From contig CAVSHR010000013.1 in assembly GCA_963727625.1 (NCBI GenBank), positions 1 through 18,442 of the forward strand: DNA of 18,442 bases, in the 5' to 3' direction. Position 1 is the stretch's first letter. The number at the start of each line of letters is the position of its first letter. This DNA is from an uncultured delta proteobacterium. Lineage in GTDB: Bacteria; Desulfobacterota; Binatia; UBA9968. A program made the position numbers and the translations under genes. The notes below the pieces were generated by a model that saw nothing but the letters and a program-made list of their open reading frames with translations, was not told where the DNA came from and ran no database searches. This document shows positions 1-7,247 of the stretch, piece by piece.

Positions 1-6
1 CGAACC

Positions 7-1038
7 TTGGATTACAATTCTTTAGTCACGTATATCCAGGAGCATTTCACCGACGGCTTAGCATTGGTGGTTGGATCAGGATTGTCGTCAGCTGAAGGTA
101 TTCCTGGTATGCCGGCACTTGCCGCGCATCTTAGCAGTCGCGCAAGTTCGTTGACCGGAGCAGATGCGACACTTTGGGCAGAGATCAACGCAGTCCTTGC
201 ATCGGGTGACGGGCTGGAGGCCGCGTTGTTGAAGTATCCGCCAAGTGACGCGCTTGAAGTCTGGATCGCGTGTGAAACGGCCGCACTTTTACTACCCAAA
301 GAACGAGAAGCGATCGGGTCGGTACTTCGCAGAGAACGCACACTACGTCTAACAAAATTCCTAGGCAAAGTTTTGAAGCCGACGAATGGATTGCCCATTT
401 TGACCACTAACTACGACCGTCTGATTGAAGTTGCTTGTGAGATTGCAGGTTTCCATGTGGATACTACGGCCGTCGGTCACATTGCGGGCGGGTTTGACCA
501 CAACCGAAGTTGCATGGGCTCATGCCGAAATATCACAACACGTGGCAAAACCGTCGTCCTCGATCATTTTCCACGTGCAATCGTGCTAAAGCCGCATGGC
601 AGCTTAGACTGGTTCAAATTTGGCAACGATGCGCGGCGCTGCAGTTTAGATGTCGATGCAGAGCGACTCATCATCACACCGGGACTCAATAAATACCGAG
701 CTGGCTACAATTCGCCGTTCGATAAGCATCGCGAGCTAGCAAACGACTACATTAAACAGGCTAGTCGCCTGCTCGTCGTTGGGTACGGGTTCAACGACGA
801 CCATCTACAAAACCACCTCATAAAGAGAGTTCAAGATGGCACTCCAACGTTGATTCTGAATCGATCAGCAAGCGCGAATGTCACTAAACTAGCGGAGGAA
901 TCACCGTGTTGTGTTTGCGTATCGAAATCGCCCACAACGGCGGGAATTATTGTAGTGGTGACGAAGGGGCATCAGTTCGAGCTTCAGGGACCGGAATTGT
1001 GGGATCTCGGCGTTTTAGCAAAGGAGTTATTGGCATGA
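7..1038 (+). CDS. sir2: SIR2-like (SIR2_2) NADase effector of a Sir2-HerA anti-phage system
   Basis: 343 aa with sirtuin motifs LVVGSGLS..GIP, TTNYDRLIE, LKPHGSLDW and LLVVGYGFNDDHL. Its stop overlaps the herA start (ATGA at 1035-1038). The TTG start is at the window edge, so the start is uncertain. Confidence 0.9.
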   Translation: MDYNSLVTYIQEHFTDGLALVVGSGLSSAEGIPGMPALAAHLSSRASSLTGADATLWAEINAVLASGDGLEAALLKYPPSDALEVWIACETAALLLPKEREAIGSVLRRERTLRLTKFLGKVLKPTNGLPILTTNYDRLIEVACEIAGFHVDTTAVGHIAGGFDHNRSCMGSCRNITTRGKTVVLDHFPRAIVLKPHGSLDWFKFGNDARRCSLDVDAERLIITPGLNKYRAGYNSPFDKHRELANDYIKQASRLLVVGYGFNDDHLQNHLIKRVQDGTPTLILNRSASANVTKLAEESPCCVCVSKSPTTAGIIVVVTKGHQFELQGPELWDLGVLAKELLA

Positions 1039-2823
1039 GCGATGAACCTATTCTGATGTTCGACGCACCGACCAAACTCGGTAAAGTCGCCTCCGTAGAC
1101 ACCAGCCGTGTTCTCATCGCGGTCGAAAACGCTGCGCTCTTGCCGCGTGCTGCGGTTGGAAGCCTCGTCGCCATTCAGGGGGTAACCGCTCAGGAGTTCC
1201 TGATTGGCATGACGGAACGGGTGACCCGGCAACTCCGCGAACAGACGTCGCAGCCTGATCCCATGGCACCCACAACGCTCGCAATGGAAGTTGTGCCAGA
1301 CGACGCTCTTCGGGTCGTTTGTGGCATGTACCGCACGATTGAGGGAACCTTGCGCAATCGGTTCAAGCGGGGGGCTGATTCATTTCCGCAAATCGATCGT
1401 AATTGTTTTCTCATTGAGGGCGGCAACCTTCAGCGGTTTATGGGATTACTGGGTAAGGACTTGGATGAGAAACAACGACTCGAACTTGGTCACTTCGTTA
1501 TCGACCGATCGGCCGCTGCGATCGCCAACGGCGATCGATTCTTTCAGCGGCACGCGGCGATCCTTGGCAGCACCGGCTCAGGCAAAAGTTGCGCAGTGTC
1601 ATTGATCTTGGAACGGGCACACGCCCGCACGTATGCGAATATAGTGGTGTTCGACATGCATGGTGAGTACACCTCGCTAGCGAACCCGCCTGCCCACGAA
1701 AACGGTACTGTTCCGCCGCCAATTGCCGCTGCGTTCAAGATTGCAGGCCCGGCCGATCTCGACAAGCCGCCAGACAACGCACTCTTTTTGCCATATTGGC
1801 TCTTGAACCGTGAAGAGATGCTCTCGATGATCTTGGACCGTAGCGATCCAGAATGCACCGAACCAGGCAGCCCGATTTACAACCCACGTACGAGATTTGA
1901 AGGATGCGACGCTGGAGAATGAAAAACAGGAAATAGTCCGTGCAACATTCACCGTGGACTCGCCCGTGCCTTATAAACTCACTGACCTCCTCGATAAGCT
2001 GCGAGAAGACGACACGGGAATGAAACCTGGGGCAAAAAAAGCGGAGATTAAGGGAGATTGGAACGGGAATTGACGCGTTTTATTTCTCGCTTCGAAGCCA
2101 AGGCGGAGGACCGCCGGTACGGTTTTATGTTCAAACTGCCCATACCCGCTCAAAAGTATGACTGGCTCGCAGGGCAAATGATAAAGTTGCTTGCACCAGG
2201 CGCTGGGAAGCACGGCATAAAGGTAGTGGACTTCTCTGAAGTACCGTCGGATGTGCTGCCTGTGGTCACCGGCGTATTCGGCGCTGACTGACTCTACGAT
2301 GTCCAATTCTGGATGCAGCCTGAGAAGCGAACGCCATTCGTGTTCGTGTGTGATGAAGCCCATCTCTATTTGCCCGTTCGCGATGATGCGGACGCCGTCG
2401 AAAAACAAGCTTTATACTCCTTCGAGCGTATAGCTAAGGAAGGCAGGAAGTACGGCGTCTCTTTGCTTGTTGTTAGCCAACGCCCCTCGGATGTCAGTCG
2501 CACCATCCTAAGCCAGTGCAACAACTTTCTCATCCTTCGTCTGACAAACGATCAAGATCAAAACGTCGTGCGTCGCCTCATGCCAGATTCACTTGCAGGC
2601 GTCCTCGACGAGCTGCCATTGCTCGATACCGGAGAAGGATTGTTGCTTGGCGACGCGATACTGCTCCCGGCAAGAATCAAACTAAAGTTTCCCGCCATCG
2701 AACCACTGAGCCAGACCAAGAACTTCTGGCAGGAATGGGGAGAAAAGGCGCCGGACTCGGTCGCTGTGTCAGCAGCAGTCGAAACGCTGGAGGCAATCTC
2801 GTGCATCAGGAAACCCCGCTTGA
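1035..2823 (+). CDS. herA: HerA/DUF87 ATPase of Sir2-HerA, disrupted in this sequence by indels at about 1848, 2068, 2280-2291 and 2789
   Basis: N-terminal HAS-barrel-like region (LGKVASVDTSRVLI), Walker A HAAILGSTGSGKS, FDMHGEY, Walker B VCDEAHLYLP and ERIAKEGRKYGVSLLVVSQRPSDV. ORF pieces 906..1922, 2058..2291 and 2313..2834 share one frame. A +1-frame bridge at 1849-2070 reads QNAPNQAARFTTHVRDLKDATLE...FTVDSPVPY. The end at 2823 assumes a final frameshift giving ETLRRQSRASGNPA*. Confidence 0.88.
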
Positions 2824-2861
2824 AGCACGGCTAAAAGTCGGGAGCTAACGAGGATAATAAT

Positions 2862-3012
2862 ATGCAAATTGTCCCACAATACCTTCCTCAACAATTTGGA
2901 GCGGTTTTGCTCACTTTAGCGTTAATTCTTACTCTGGCCCCTTACGTTTTTGGGCACGATTTCGGAATATTCAAAATCCCCGATCTGGGCCTATCCACGC
3001 GCAAGAAGCTTA
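2862..3012 (+). pseudogene. Truncated 5' part of a small membrane protein, interrupted by the left end of the RAYT element
   Basis: GAGGA RBS then ATG, and a hydrophobic helix FGAVLLTLALILTLAPYVFG. After STRKKLK the frame runs into the repeat (KERKGDKERKGDK), so the rest of the 120-aa ORF is element-derived. Confidence 0.55.
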
Positions 3013-3049
3013 AAGAGAGAAAAGGGGATAAAGAGAGAAAAGGGGATAA
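3011..3049 (+). repeat. 18-bp tandem repeat (TAAAGAGAGAAAAGGGGA x2 + TAA) at the outer left end of the RAYT element
   Basis: Read directly: 3011-3028 is identical to 3029-3046. Confidence 0.95.
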
Positions 3050-3085
3050 GTCCAATTATTGCAATTTTGTAACTGCATGGACTAG
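3031..3085 (+). repeat. 55-bp RAYT left-end sequence, copy 1
   Basis: Identical to 3883-3937. Contains an internal stem AGTCCA...TGGACT and ends in CTAG. Confidence 0.95.
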
Positions 3086-3882
3086 CAGCCCGGGTAGAAG
3101 GCCGATTTTTACAAAACGCACGAAATCAGCGCGAAGCGGTGACTTGGGATCGCAAATAGTCTCAGGTCGAGTCCTCGGCGCCGATGAGCGGTCAGTTGGT
3201 CGCGCAGTAGCATCCAGAGAGTAAAATAAAAAGCCAGTACGGCGGCAAAACGGCCCTGTAGGCCGCGTGGCGTTCCAATACCCGTCAACGTGCGCATCCA
3301 CAAACCTAGATTGCAGGCCGCCACATGGACGAGCAGCCGTTTGAGAATATTGCCGTGCCCGCGCAGATGAGTCCGACGCATGCCGCCCGTCTCGTAGAGG
3401 TGAGCATTGGGTCGCTCTAACAACTCACCCCGTTGCCGCATCAAATAGCTGCCCGCGCTCGCCCCAATGCGCCGCCGATTAGCGTACACCGCGTCGCGCT
3501 CGGCGCGCTGATCAATCCAATGTTGCCGACCGCGATCGGGTTCACTGATGTAGCTACGCAGTCCCAGGCTCTGCATATCGAGCACAGTTTGCTTACTGTG
3601 ATATCCCTTGTCGGTGACCAGTTCGTCTCCGGTCTTCGCCTTGTCGTCGATGATCGCAGCCACCGCTTCTAACTGCTCGATCGCTTCGGGCAGGGTCGTC
3701 TGAATCGTGGTGGTGTCTCCCAGATGGGCTTGTTGCAGTGTGACGGCTACGATGGCACCGGTCTCCAAGTCTACCGCATGCTCGGCTTTGTGCGCTAAAT
3801 GGGTGCGTCCGTCTTTCATCTTAGCGATGCGCGCGTCGGGGTCGTAGGGATGCTCCCAATCTTGGTTTGACCCTTCGTCTTG
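3082..3882 (-). mobile_element. Truncated DDE insertion sequence (IS1182/IS5-like) with one end retained at a CTAG site
   Basis: Starts CTAG|CAGCCCGGGTAGAAG exactly where left-end copy 1 diverges from copy 2, and carries the C-terminal part of a transposase. The other end is missing, replaced by left-end copy 2. The family assignment is from motif recall. Confidence 0.75.
3109..3880 (-). pseudogene. 5'-truncated DDE transposase
   Basis: DPDARIAKMKDGRTHLAHKAEHAVDLETGAIV, TDKGYHS and ERPNAHLYETGGMRRTHLRGHGNILKR are typical of a DDE core. The N-terminal region is absent, and the first ~16 aa of the 273-aa ORF come from the RAYT end. Confidence 0.8.
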
Positions 3883-3937
3883 AAGAGAGAAAAGGGGATA
3901 AGTCCAATTATTGCAATTTTGTAACTGCATGGACTAG
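3883..3937 (+). repeat. 55-bp RAYT left-end sequence, copy 2 (intact, 9 bp before the RAYT ATG)
   Basis: Identical to 3031-3085 and continues TCTAGGCGC-ATG. Confidence 0.95.
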
Positions 3938-3946
3938 TCTAGGCGC

Positions 3947-4624
3947 ATGCCTCGTACCGCTAGGGTTGCCCCGGGCGATGTCATCTTCCACGTACTCAAT
4001 CGAGGCAACGCACGATCACAGATCTTTGAAAAGAATCAGGACTACAACGCTTTTGAGCGGATTCTCGTTGAGACAGCAAGAACAACATCGGTTAGAATTT
4101 TGGCCTATTGCATTATGCCGAATCACTGGCACTTGGTTCTGTGGCCGATGCGAGATGGAGAATTAGGAAGGTTTGTCCAACGGCTAACCACAACCCATGT
4201 GCGACGCTGGCACTTAAACCGGCATAGTGTCGGCAACGGGCACCTTTATCAAGGCACCTATAAGAGTTTCCCAGTCCAGGACGACAACCATTTTCTTGCG
4301 GTCTGCCGATACGTGGAGCAAAATCCACTTAGAGCCAAATTAGTAGACCGAGCAGAAGATTGGCGATGGTCGAGTCTCGGTTTGCGGGCTACTAAAACTG
4401 CGGAGACAACCGGACTGGTGTTATCCGAATGGCCGATTCCCAGACCCGCCGACTGGCTCACTTTGGTAAACGAGACAGCCGAAGATCAAGAATTGGAAAC
4501 GCTCAGGTTATCGGCTCAGAGAGGTCGTCCGTTCGGGAACGAACGTTGGCAATCATGGATCGCGGAACGTTTAGGATTGGAGTCCACATTGCGCTTGCGG
4601 GGCCGACCTCGCAAGGAGCGGTAG
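3947..4624 (+). CDS. rayT: REP-associated tyrosine transposase-like Y1/HUH transposase (Y1_Tnp)
   Basis: MPRTAR..FHVLNRGN, HUH motif YCIMPNHWHL, GHLYQGTYKS, catalytic Tyr in RYVEQNPLRAKLV, DWRWSS, and a C-terminal AT-hook-like RGRPRK. Confidence 0.92.
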   Translation: MPRTARVAPGDVIFHVLNRGNARSQIFEKNQDYNAFERILVETARTTSVRILAYCIMPNHWHLVLWPMRDGELGRFVQRLTTTHVRRWHLNRHSVGNGHLYQGTYKSFPVQDDNHFLAVCRYVEQNPLRAKLVDRAEDWRWSSLGLRATKTAETTGLVLSEWPIPRPADWLTLVNETAEDQELETLRLSAQRGRPFGNERWQSWIAERLGLESTLRLRGRPRKER

Positions 4625-4628
4625 AGAA

Positions 4629-4673
4629 AATTGGACTTATCCCCTTTTCTGCTCTTATCCCCTTTTCTGCTCT
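4629..4673 (-). repeat. Right terminal inverted repeat with 18-bp tandem duplication (CTTATCCCCTTTTCTGCT x2 + CT)
   Basis: 4636-4653 is identical to 4654-4671. 4629-4650 is the reverse complement of the left end. Confidence 0.95.
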
Positions 4674-4713
4674 CTGGAATGCTATGCATTGCCCGAAGAG
4701 GCTTTCGGATCGC

Positions 4714-4857
4714 TCAAGAGGTGAACGGATTACGGGTCCGCAGTTGATTGGCGATCAATTTATTATGCTGAAGGTCTTCGGAATAAAGAATCTTGCACCC
4801 AGCGTTTAGCGCTGATGCCACAATCGTCGTGTCGAAAAACGGCTTAACGTCGGGCAT
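4714..4857 (-). pseudogene. vapC: PIN-domain VapC toxin remnant, 47 aa, with a large in-frame internal deletion
   Basis: Manual translation: MPDVKPFFDT-TIVASALNAGCKILYSEDLQHNKLIANQLRTRNPFTS*. The N-terminal FFDT and C-terminal IVASAL..GC..LYSEDLQH..RNPF PIN motifs are directly fused. It overlaps the 3' end of the antitoxin gene. Confidence 0.85.
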
Positions 4858-5077
4858 TAGCGTCAAGACGGTCGAACTTGAAATCGGCGGGCAGGCGGCC
4901 GCGCAATTTTCTCAAACGCGCCAGCAATTCCCGCGCGCCGGGCGCTTTTTTGATCTCGAAGTGGCGGGCGCCGGCAACGGCGATTTCGATTTCGTCGCCT
5001 TCCTTCAGGTCCAACGCCTCCACCACTACGGCGGGCAATCTAACCGCCAGGCTATTGCCCCATTTGGCGACCCGCAT
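4844..5077 (-). CDS. AbrB/MazE/SpoVT-family antitoxin (VapB type)
   Basis: MRVAKWGNSLAVRLPAVVVEALDLKEGDEIEI is the AbrB-fold signature. GGAGG RBS at 5084-5088. Confidence 0.92.
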   Translation of the reverse strand: MRVAKWGNSLAVRLPAVVVEALDLKEGDEIEIAVAGARHFEIKKAPGARELLARLRKLRGRLPADFKFDRLDANARR

Positions 5078-5097
5078 AAAACACCTCCAAGATTAAA

Positions 5098-5121
5098 GAT
5101 ATACAGACACGAATGCATATC
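5098..5121. promoter_or_regulatory. Candidate autoregulatory operator of the AbrB-VapC operon
   Basis: GATATACA-N8-TGCATATC inverted repeat (7/8 match) about 20 bp upstream of the antitoxin ATG. TA autorepression through such sites is established; this assignment is inference. Confidence 0.55.
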
Positions 5122-5151
5122 CAGAGTCACAAATTGACAAGCTGGAAAACT

Positions 5152-5208
5152 AATAGGGTCGGGGTCTTGCACCGGGATAATGTATGATTGCATAGATCTA
5201 CCCCTAAT
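5152..5208. repeat. Degenerate REP/REPIN-like inverted repeat (GGGGTCnGGTCTTGCA...TGCAAGAnCTnACCCC type)
   Basis: Arms TAGGGTCGGGGTCTTGCA and TGCATAGATCTACCCCTA pair imperfectly. A related, more decayed copy is at about 10567-10612. Confidence 0.45.
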
Positions 5209-5225
5209 CCTGCTGCTGCAATTCG

Positions 5226-5849
5226 TCATTGCACCATTTGTAATCCAGGCGAAACGAAGTCGAAGTTCAGACCTCTTTCTCGCGTTGGATAGAATAGCGC
5301 GTAGCGGCGTTTGAGCCTATGTCCTGAAGCGAAACCGCACCTGCCGCGTCGCTTTCCGGGGAATTGGCACATGTGTTTCAAGGTTGTCGACGTTACAAAC
5401 TCGTCTGTTCGAGATTGGCTACCATGAAATTTAGCCGTGACTTGAAATACGAATGGACCGCTTTCAAGGGAAAGCTCTTTAGGAAGGGCAAAGAAGCCGT
5501 GCCTCGTAACGACATTGAGAGCGGGAATTTGCGGACAAGCTACGACGCTGTCTTGTGGATGCAACGTTCTAACGCGCCAGCCAGTTGGACCGAGTATGCT
5601 TACACGTCCTTGCTTGGCAATAGCATCATACCTTACATCGCGATGTTGTATTTCTAGCGATCGCAAAAGGAACGGCTTTTCACTGGTATTTATGAATTTC
5701 ACCCAAAGCAAAAGTACAAGGTGCTGTTTTTCCTTATCGGACCATCCAAACCAACCATCCTGAACCTCCATTTGGGGCCTACCAAAAAAGCGGAGCACTG
5801 GTGCTACGCAGACTTCGAAAACTTTTATGATCCAGTCTAGCGGATTCAT
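5226..5849 (-). CDS. Hypothetical protein (predicted beta-rich; C-terminal end uncertain)
   Basis: 207-aa ORF with an ATG start. The first ~155 aa look protein-like (alternating strands, LLLWVKFINTSEKPFLLRSLEIQ); the last ~45 aa look like read-through. No family recognised. Confidence 0.55.
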   Translation of the reverse strand: MNPLDWIIKVFEVCVAPVLRFFGRPQMEVQDGWFGWSDKEKQHLVLLLWVKFINTSEKPFLLRSLEIQHRDVRYDAIAKQGRVSILGPTGWRVRTLHPQDSVVACPQIPALNVVTRHGFFALPKELSLESGPFVFQVTAKFHGSQSRTDEFVTSTTLKHMCQFPGKRRGRCGFASGHRLKRRYALFYPTRERGLNFDFVSPGLQMVQ

Positions 5850-5961
5850 TTTTTTGAGGAACTATAGGCCAGGCTGGAAACTGAGTAAATAGATAAAAAG
5901 ATATCCAGTTGGAAGATACGGGCGCCGGAAACAGAGTGGCGGGCAGGTTCGTGGAAGGCAG

Positions 5962-6928
5962 TCACTGGAACCGCGGTAGGAGCTCCTTGCCGATCAGCTC
6001 CAGACTTTCTTCATAGCGGTCGTATTGAAGTCTCAGATCGAACACCAGGTGTTCGACGCCTCGCCTGCGAAATTTCTCGATCTCGGCGGCGCAGTCGTCC
6101 GGGTTGCCGACGATCAAGAGGCCTTCCAGGTCCTCGATCGTCTGAAACTTTCCCGAAGGCGGCTTGATCCAGTGGCTCGCGCCTTCCGAGCTCTCTGCGA
6201 GCGCCTCGACGTTGATGCTCGCCCGCGCCTTGTTCCGGTCCTTGTCGATACGCGTGATCGGGATGTTGCCCAAGAGTGATTTTCCGGTCGGTCAGTTGGC
6301 GCAAATAGCCTATCCGGTCGTCGAAGGTCGCCATCGGAACCCGGCCGGGAATCCAGCCGTCGCAGTATGCCGCCGCCCGTCTGATCGCCGCGCGGGTGCT
6401 GCCGCCGCAGAAGATCGGAATCGGCTCCACGGGTTTGGGCTCGAGGGTCACGTTTTCGAACGAGAAGACTTTGCCCTTGTACGAGACGTTATCCTCTTTC
6501 CAGATCAGCCGGGCAATCTCGATGGTTTCGCGCAGGATGTCGACGCGATCTTCGATGCGCATGCCGACGGTGGCAAGCTCGGCGGGGTTGAATCCCAAAC
6601 CCATGCCGGCGATCACCCGGCCGCCGGCGATGTAAGAAAGACTCGCGAGATCCTGGCTGACTTTGAGCGGCCAACGCACCGGGACCAGCACGGCCATGCC
6701 CAAAAGGATTTTTTTCGTCACCGCCGCAACCGCGGATAGGGTGACAAAGGGTTCGACAAATGTAAGCGCCGACTTTTCCATGCCGTGGGGCTGCCAGATC
6801 AGATGATCGCGCACCCATACGGAATGGAATCCCAGCTCCTCGCACAGTTTGGAGCCGTCGATGATCCGCGACGGCGAGGTCTCTTTGCCGAAGTGGGGCA
6901 ACAGCACGCCGAACTGCATTTTTGCCAT
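5962..6928 (-). CDS. LLM-class (luciferase-like) flavin-dependent oxidoreductase with one frameshift at about 6274
   Basis: MAKMQFGVLLPHFG, EELGFHSVWVRDHL, EPFVTLSAVAAVTKKILLG, GRVIAGMGLG, PIPIFCGG and YCDGWIP. It continues in ORF 5962..6273 (LIVGNPDDCAAEIEKFRRRGVEHLVF..LELIGKELLPRF). There is one extra base in ATC ACT C TTG GGC AAC. Confidence 0.9.
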
Positions 6929-7039
6929 GGTTCCTGATCCTAGCGCGTCAGATAAGCCACCCCGCCGCGGCCACCGTACTACTATGCTTCGAAATTTCCA
7001 CGGCTCGCGCAAATCTTCCTACACATGAAATATCTCCGA

Positions 7040-7192
7040 CTCGGATCTTGCTCTCGCCAAGGCGCAAAGTCGCCAAGTTTAGCGCGAAAAGACAAAGAGC
7101 CCCCCGAATGACCTTACCTGCAATCTCCGAACTTTGCGGCCTTTGCGTCCCTTCGACTCCGCTCAGGACATGCTTTGCGAGAAATACTCCGA
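7040..7192. repeat. Long intergenic REP-like hairpin with a second REP-like unit nested in its right arm
   Basis: Left arm TCTCGCCAAGGCGCAAAGTCGCCAAGTT (7052-7079) pairs with AACTTTGCGGCCTTTGCGT[CCCTTCGACTCCGCTCAGGACATG]CTTTGCGAGA (7130-7182) once the bracketed 24 bp are removed. Confidence 0.75.
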
Positions 7193-7247
7193 GATTCGTT
7201 TGCGGCTCCGCCGCGCTGGGTTCTTTGTAATGAATTCGCCGGGCCGG

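Larger units (their letters stand above)
3011..4674. mobile_element. Composite RAYT (Y1 HUH transposase) element with terminal inverted repeats, a duplicated left end and an internal IS remnant
   Basis: AGAAAAGGGGATAAGTCCAATT at 3036-3057 and 3888-3909 is the exact reverse complement of AATTGGACTTATCCCCTTTTCT at 4629-4650. These sequences flank the RAYT gene. Confidence 0.8.

Noticed and set aside
906-1034. N-terminal extension of herA from the ORF track
   Set aside because: It overlaps sir2; ATG 1035 with the AAGGAG RBS and ATGA coupling is the better start.
3013-3224. C-terminal part of the 120-aa ORF 2862..3224, and ORFs 3867..4166 and 4429..4809
   Set aside because: These are translations of repeat and IS ends (ERKGDKSNYCNF, LIPFSALIPFSA), not real coding sequence.
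3881-3930. Functional fusion of a RAYT-end ATG to the DDE core (273-aa ORF)
   Set aside because: The N-terminus is non-coding end sequence, no RBS is evident, the N-terminal transposase region is missing, and the frame may depend on an indel.
3011-4674. CRISPR array suggested by the recurring AGAAAAGGGGATAAG motif
   Set aside because: Units are directly tandem or inverted with no unique spacers, and there are no cas genes; they are element ends.
5245-5330. Integron attC-like site (TTCAGAC...GTTTGAG)
   Set aside because: There are no canonical RYYYAAC/GTTRRRY boxes, no integrase and no repeated sites between ORFs.
6240-6300. Programmed frameshift in the LLM gene
   Set aside because: There is no slippery heptamer, and it fits the pattern of scattered indel errors.
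6929-7012. Extended N-terminus of the LLM ORF
   Set aside because: Family similarity starts at MAKMQFG (6928), which has an AGGA RBS.
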